NCBI GenBank assembly: GCA_048128005.1
Contig: JBEUKZ010000093.1
Coordinates: 186,001 to 250,000 of the forward strand
Length of the DNA stretch: 64,000 bases
Origin: Veleropilina oligotropha
Taxonomy: Eukaryota
Direction of reading: 5' to 3'
Shown here: positions 61,976-64,000 of the stretch, one piece after another
Numbering within the stretch: the first letter of the stretch is position 1
Layout of the letters: every line of letters starts with the position of its first letter
Notes under the pieces: model-generated
Database searches by the model: none
What the model was told of the DNA's origin: nothing
The model's input: only the letters and a program-made list of their open reading frames with translations
Program-made: the position numbers and the translations under genes

Positions 61976-64000
61976 ACTATTAGGAATATAACTTTCCTTG
62001 ATAATGTTCTTACTTCAGGTGTGCTTTATTCATCCAATTAACCTTAAACCAAAAATTTATTTGTCACTGAAAGGGAGATAACTCTGATATTTGAATATGT
62101 TATTTCAATTTTGGAGCATTTTTCAAATTGCTTTTTTGGAAACTTGCACTATCAGAATTCCTTTAGACTTGTGATATGTTGTGTAAAGGATAAAATACTT
62201 TACTTAACTGCAAACATTTCTGTTGCTATTAGTGTGGGGTCAAATCATATAATGACTGGACTACTGTGCATGAACGCATGCGCCCGGTACCATACACATA
62301 TTTTTCGATTGTTGAACGAGGTCAGAACGTAAGAGGGTGAAGATAACTTTGTGTTGAGATTAGATCCAAGCAACATTTGCTCTGGAATGTAAGTTACTTC
62401 TATCAAAATATACGATAATTAATGTCAACGCCAAGAGGAATACCGGACGTTTCGCAACTAAACCAGTTCGTCGAATTTCGACGAAATATCCAGACGTTTC
62501 ATCGAATCCTTCAGAATCAGACGTTTCGTCGAATTTCAATACCTTGATTGAAGCTTCAGACGTTTCGTCGAATTTCATATCAAATTGAAAGAGGGTTATA
62601 GTAAATCACCCATATAACTGTGGAAATAAGATGCAACAAGCTATCATATTTTATCATATTATGAGAATATATTTTTTATTATGCTGCTGAATTAAAAATA
62701 ACTGATGTTTGAATCTTGTGTCTACTGACCGGGCAAGTTTTGTAACGTTCTGCTCAAACACCAAAATTTTCAATGCAGTTATATTGACATAATTTAATAA
62801 CAGTGTATGTCATGAGATGACTAAGTATCAAATTTGCATTTTTAAACAAAAATAAATATAGTTTGTTCTGTATAACAAGCCAATGTAGAGTGGAAATAGA
62901 AAAACATAACGATTATGTGCTCTCATTAATTCAGACGATTGGCAGATATTGACATGAAATAACTGGTAAAATCAAATATAGAATATTATGTTTCAGATAC
63001 AACATCAATCTAGAAATTTCATTTTGCTTCATGTTAATAAATTACATTTGATAAAATGGTCTTTTCAAAATGACACAACATAACGAGGAAAATGGCCAAA
63101 TTTGATGCTTTGCTATGATAAATCACTAAAATAAAAATTAAAGCATTATGTTTTTTATGAATATTTATTGTAGAAAGACCTGTTTGCTTCTTTTTAAAAC
63201 ATAAAATCATTCCAAACATGCTGTTTTAATTACAATGTGTTGGCATAACGTGTTTTTCATTTAATGTGTACACCTGATCTTGGCTGAGCTAGGCGTATAT
63301 AAATATATTCCATGCGGCAAAAAGGGTCTTGGTATTCTTTGTAGACTGCTGACGTCGAGTCATCTGTGATTCTCGCAGATAAATCTCCATCTCCGTAATT
63401 CACTATTGTGAAATGCAATTTCACATAATGTATCGATAATGTATAAATTACTAAAACATGATACATCCAGCGATATGTTATTTCAAAAGATTGTTAATGC
63501 CGTCCCATGCTTCTTCTTAGAGACAGTGTAAAAGAACATTGATTTAAATGGTTATAATTTTGAATATGCAAATAAATATCCGCAATTCATAATATGACAT
63601 TAATTACTATTAACAGTACGCTCTATTAACCGTAGGCTGAATTGACTGTGTCAATTTTGCTGTTTGACTGTAGACGCTCAATCGACCGTGCGCTCAATTG
63701 ACTGGTATTCCATCTGGAAGAGGATTTCAGTCACAGGCAGTCACGCATTGTCTTTGGGAGCCCGATATGTCTGCCCCTAACTGCAAGCTCAAAATTCTGA
63801 TGGTCGCCTGTTTAACCCTAACACTAAACAGGCGACCGTCAGAATTTTGAGCTTGTAAATCAGGGCAGATTTATCTGGCTAGGTCTTTGGGAATTAAAGA
63901 GACTATTGCCCGTAAATACACGAGTTGCCTCTGGCACGAGTTGTCCTGACTCCCTCTATCGCACGGTTCGCGCAGATTGATACACATTTTGCGAAGATAT
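61976..64000 (+). repeat. Segmental tandem duplication, copy C (truncated by window edge)
   Basis: Near-identical to 37293-39280. Confidence 0.93.

Overview
AT-rich eukaryotic (probably invertebrate animal) genomic DNA. Main feature: a complete, GC-rich, 15,323-bp endogenous Polinton/Maverick-like DNA virus at 1449-16771, with 5'-AGCAGC...GCTGCT-3' termini, imperfect ~196-bp terminal inverted repeats (TIRs) and a 5-bp AAACT target-site duplication (TSD). It encodes an rve integrase, an A32/FtsK-type packaging ATPase and putative major and minor jelly-roll capsid proteins. It is atypical in three ways. (1) Its replicase is one ~1281-codon frame, now broken by two stops, that joins an OTU-like domain, a divergent family-B polymerase with no recognisable exonuclease, an SF1 (Pif1/RecD-like) helicase and an HNH nuclease. 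(2) No adenain-like maturation protease is visible. (3) Many genes encode predicted membrane proteins, one carrying PSAP and LYPxL late-domain-like motifs. The rest of the window (17388-64000) is a ~20-25 kb tandem segmental duplication (two full copies plus the start of a third). Each full copy carries a decaying C2H2 zinc-finger array gene, tRNA-derived SINEs (one containing a 27-bp minisatellite whose unit includes a p53-type half-site), a degraded Penelope-like element and hairpin MITEs. Comparing copies reveals copy-specific insertions with their TSDs. All calls come from manual motif reading; no database searches were run.
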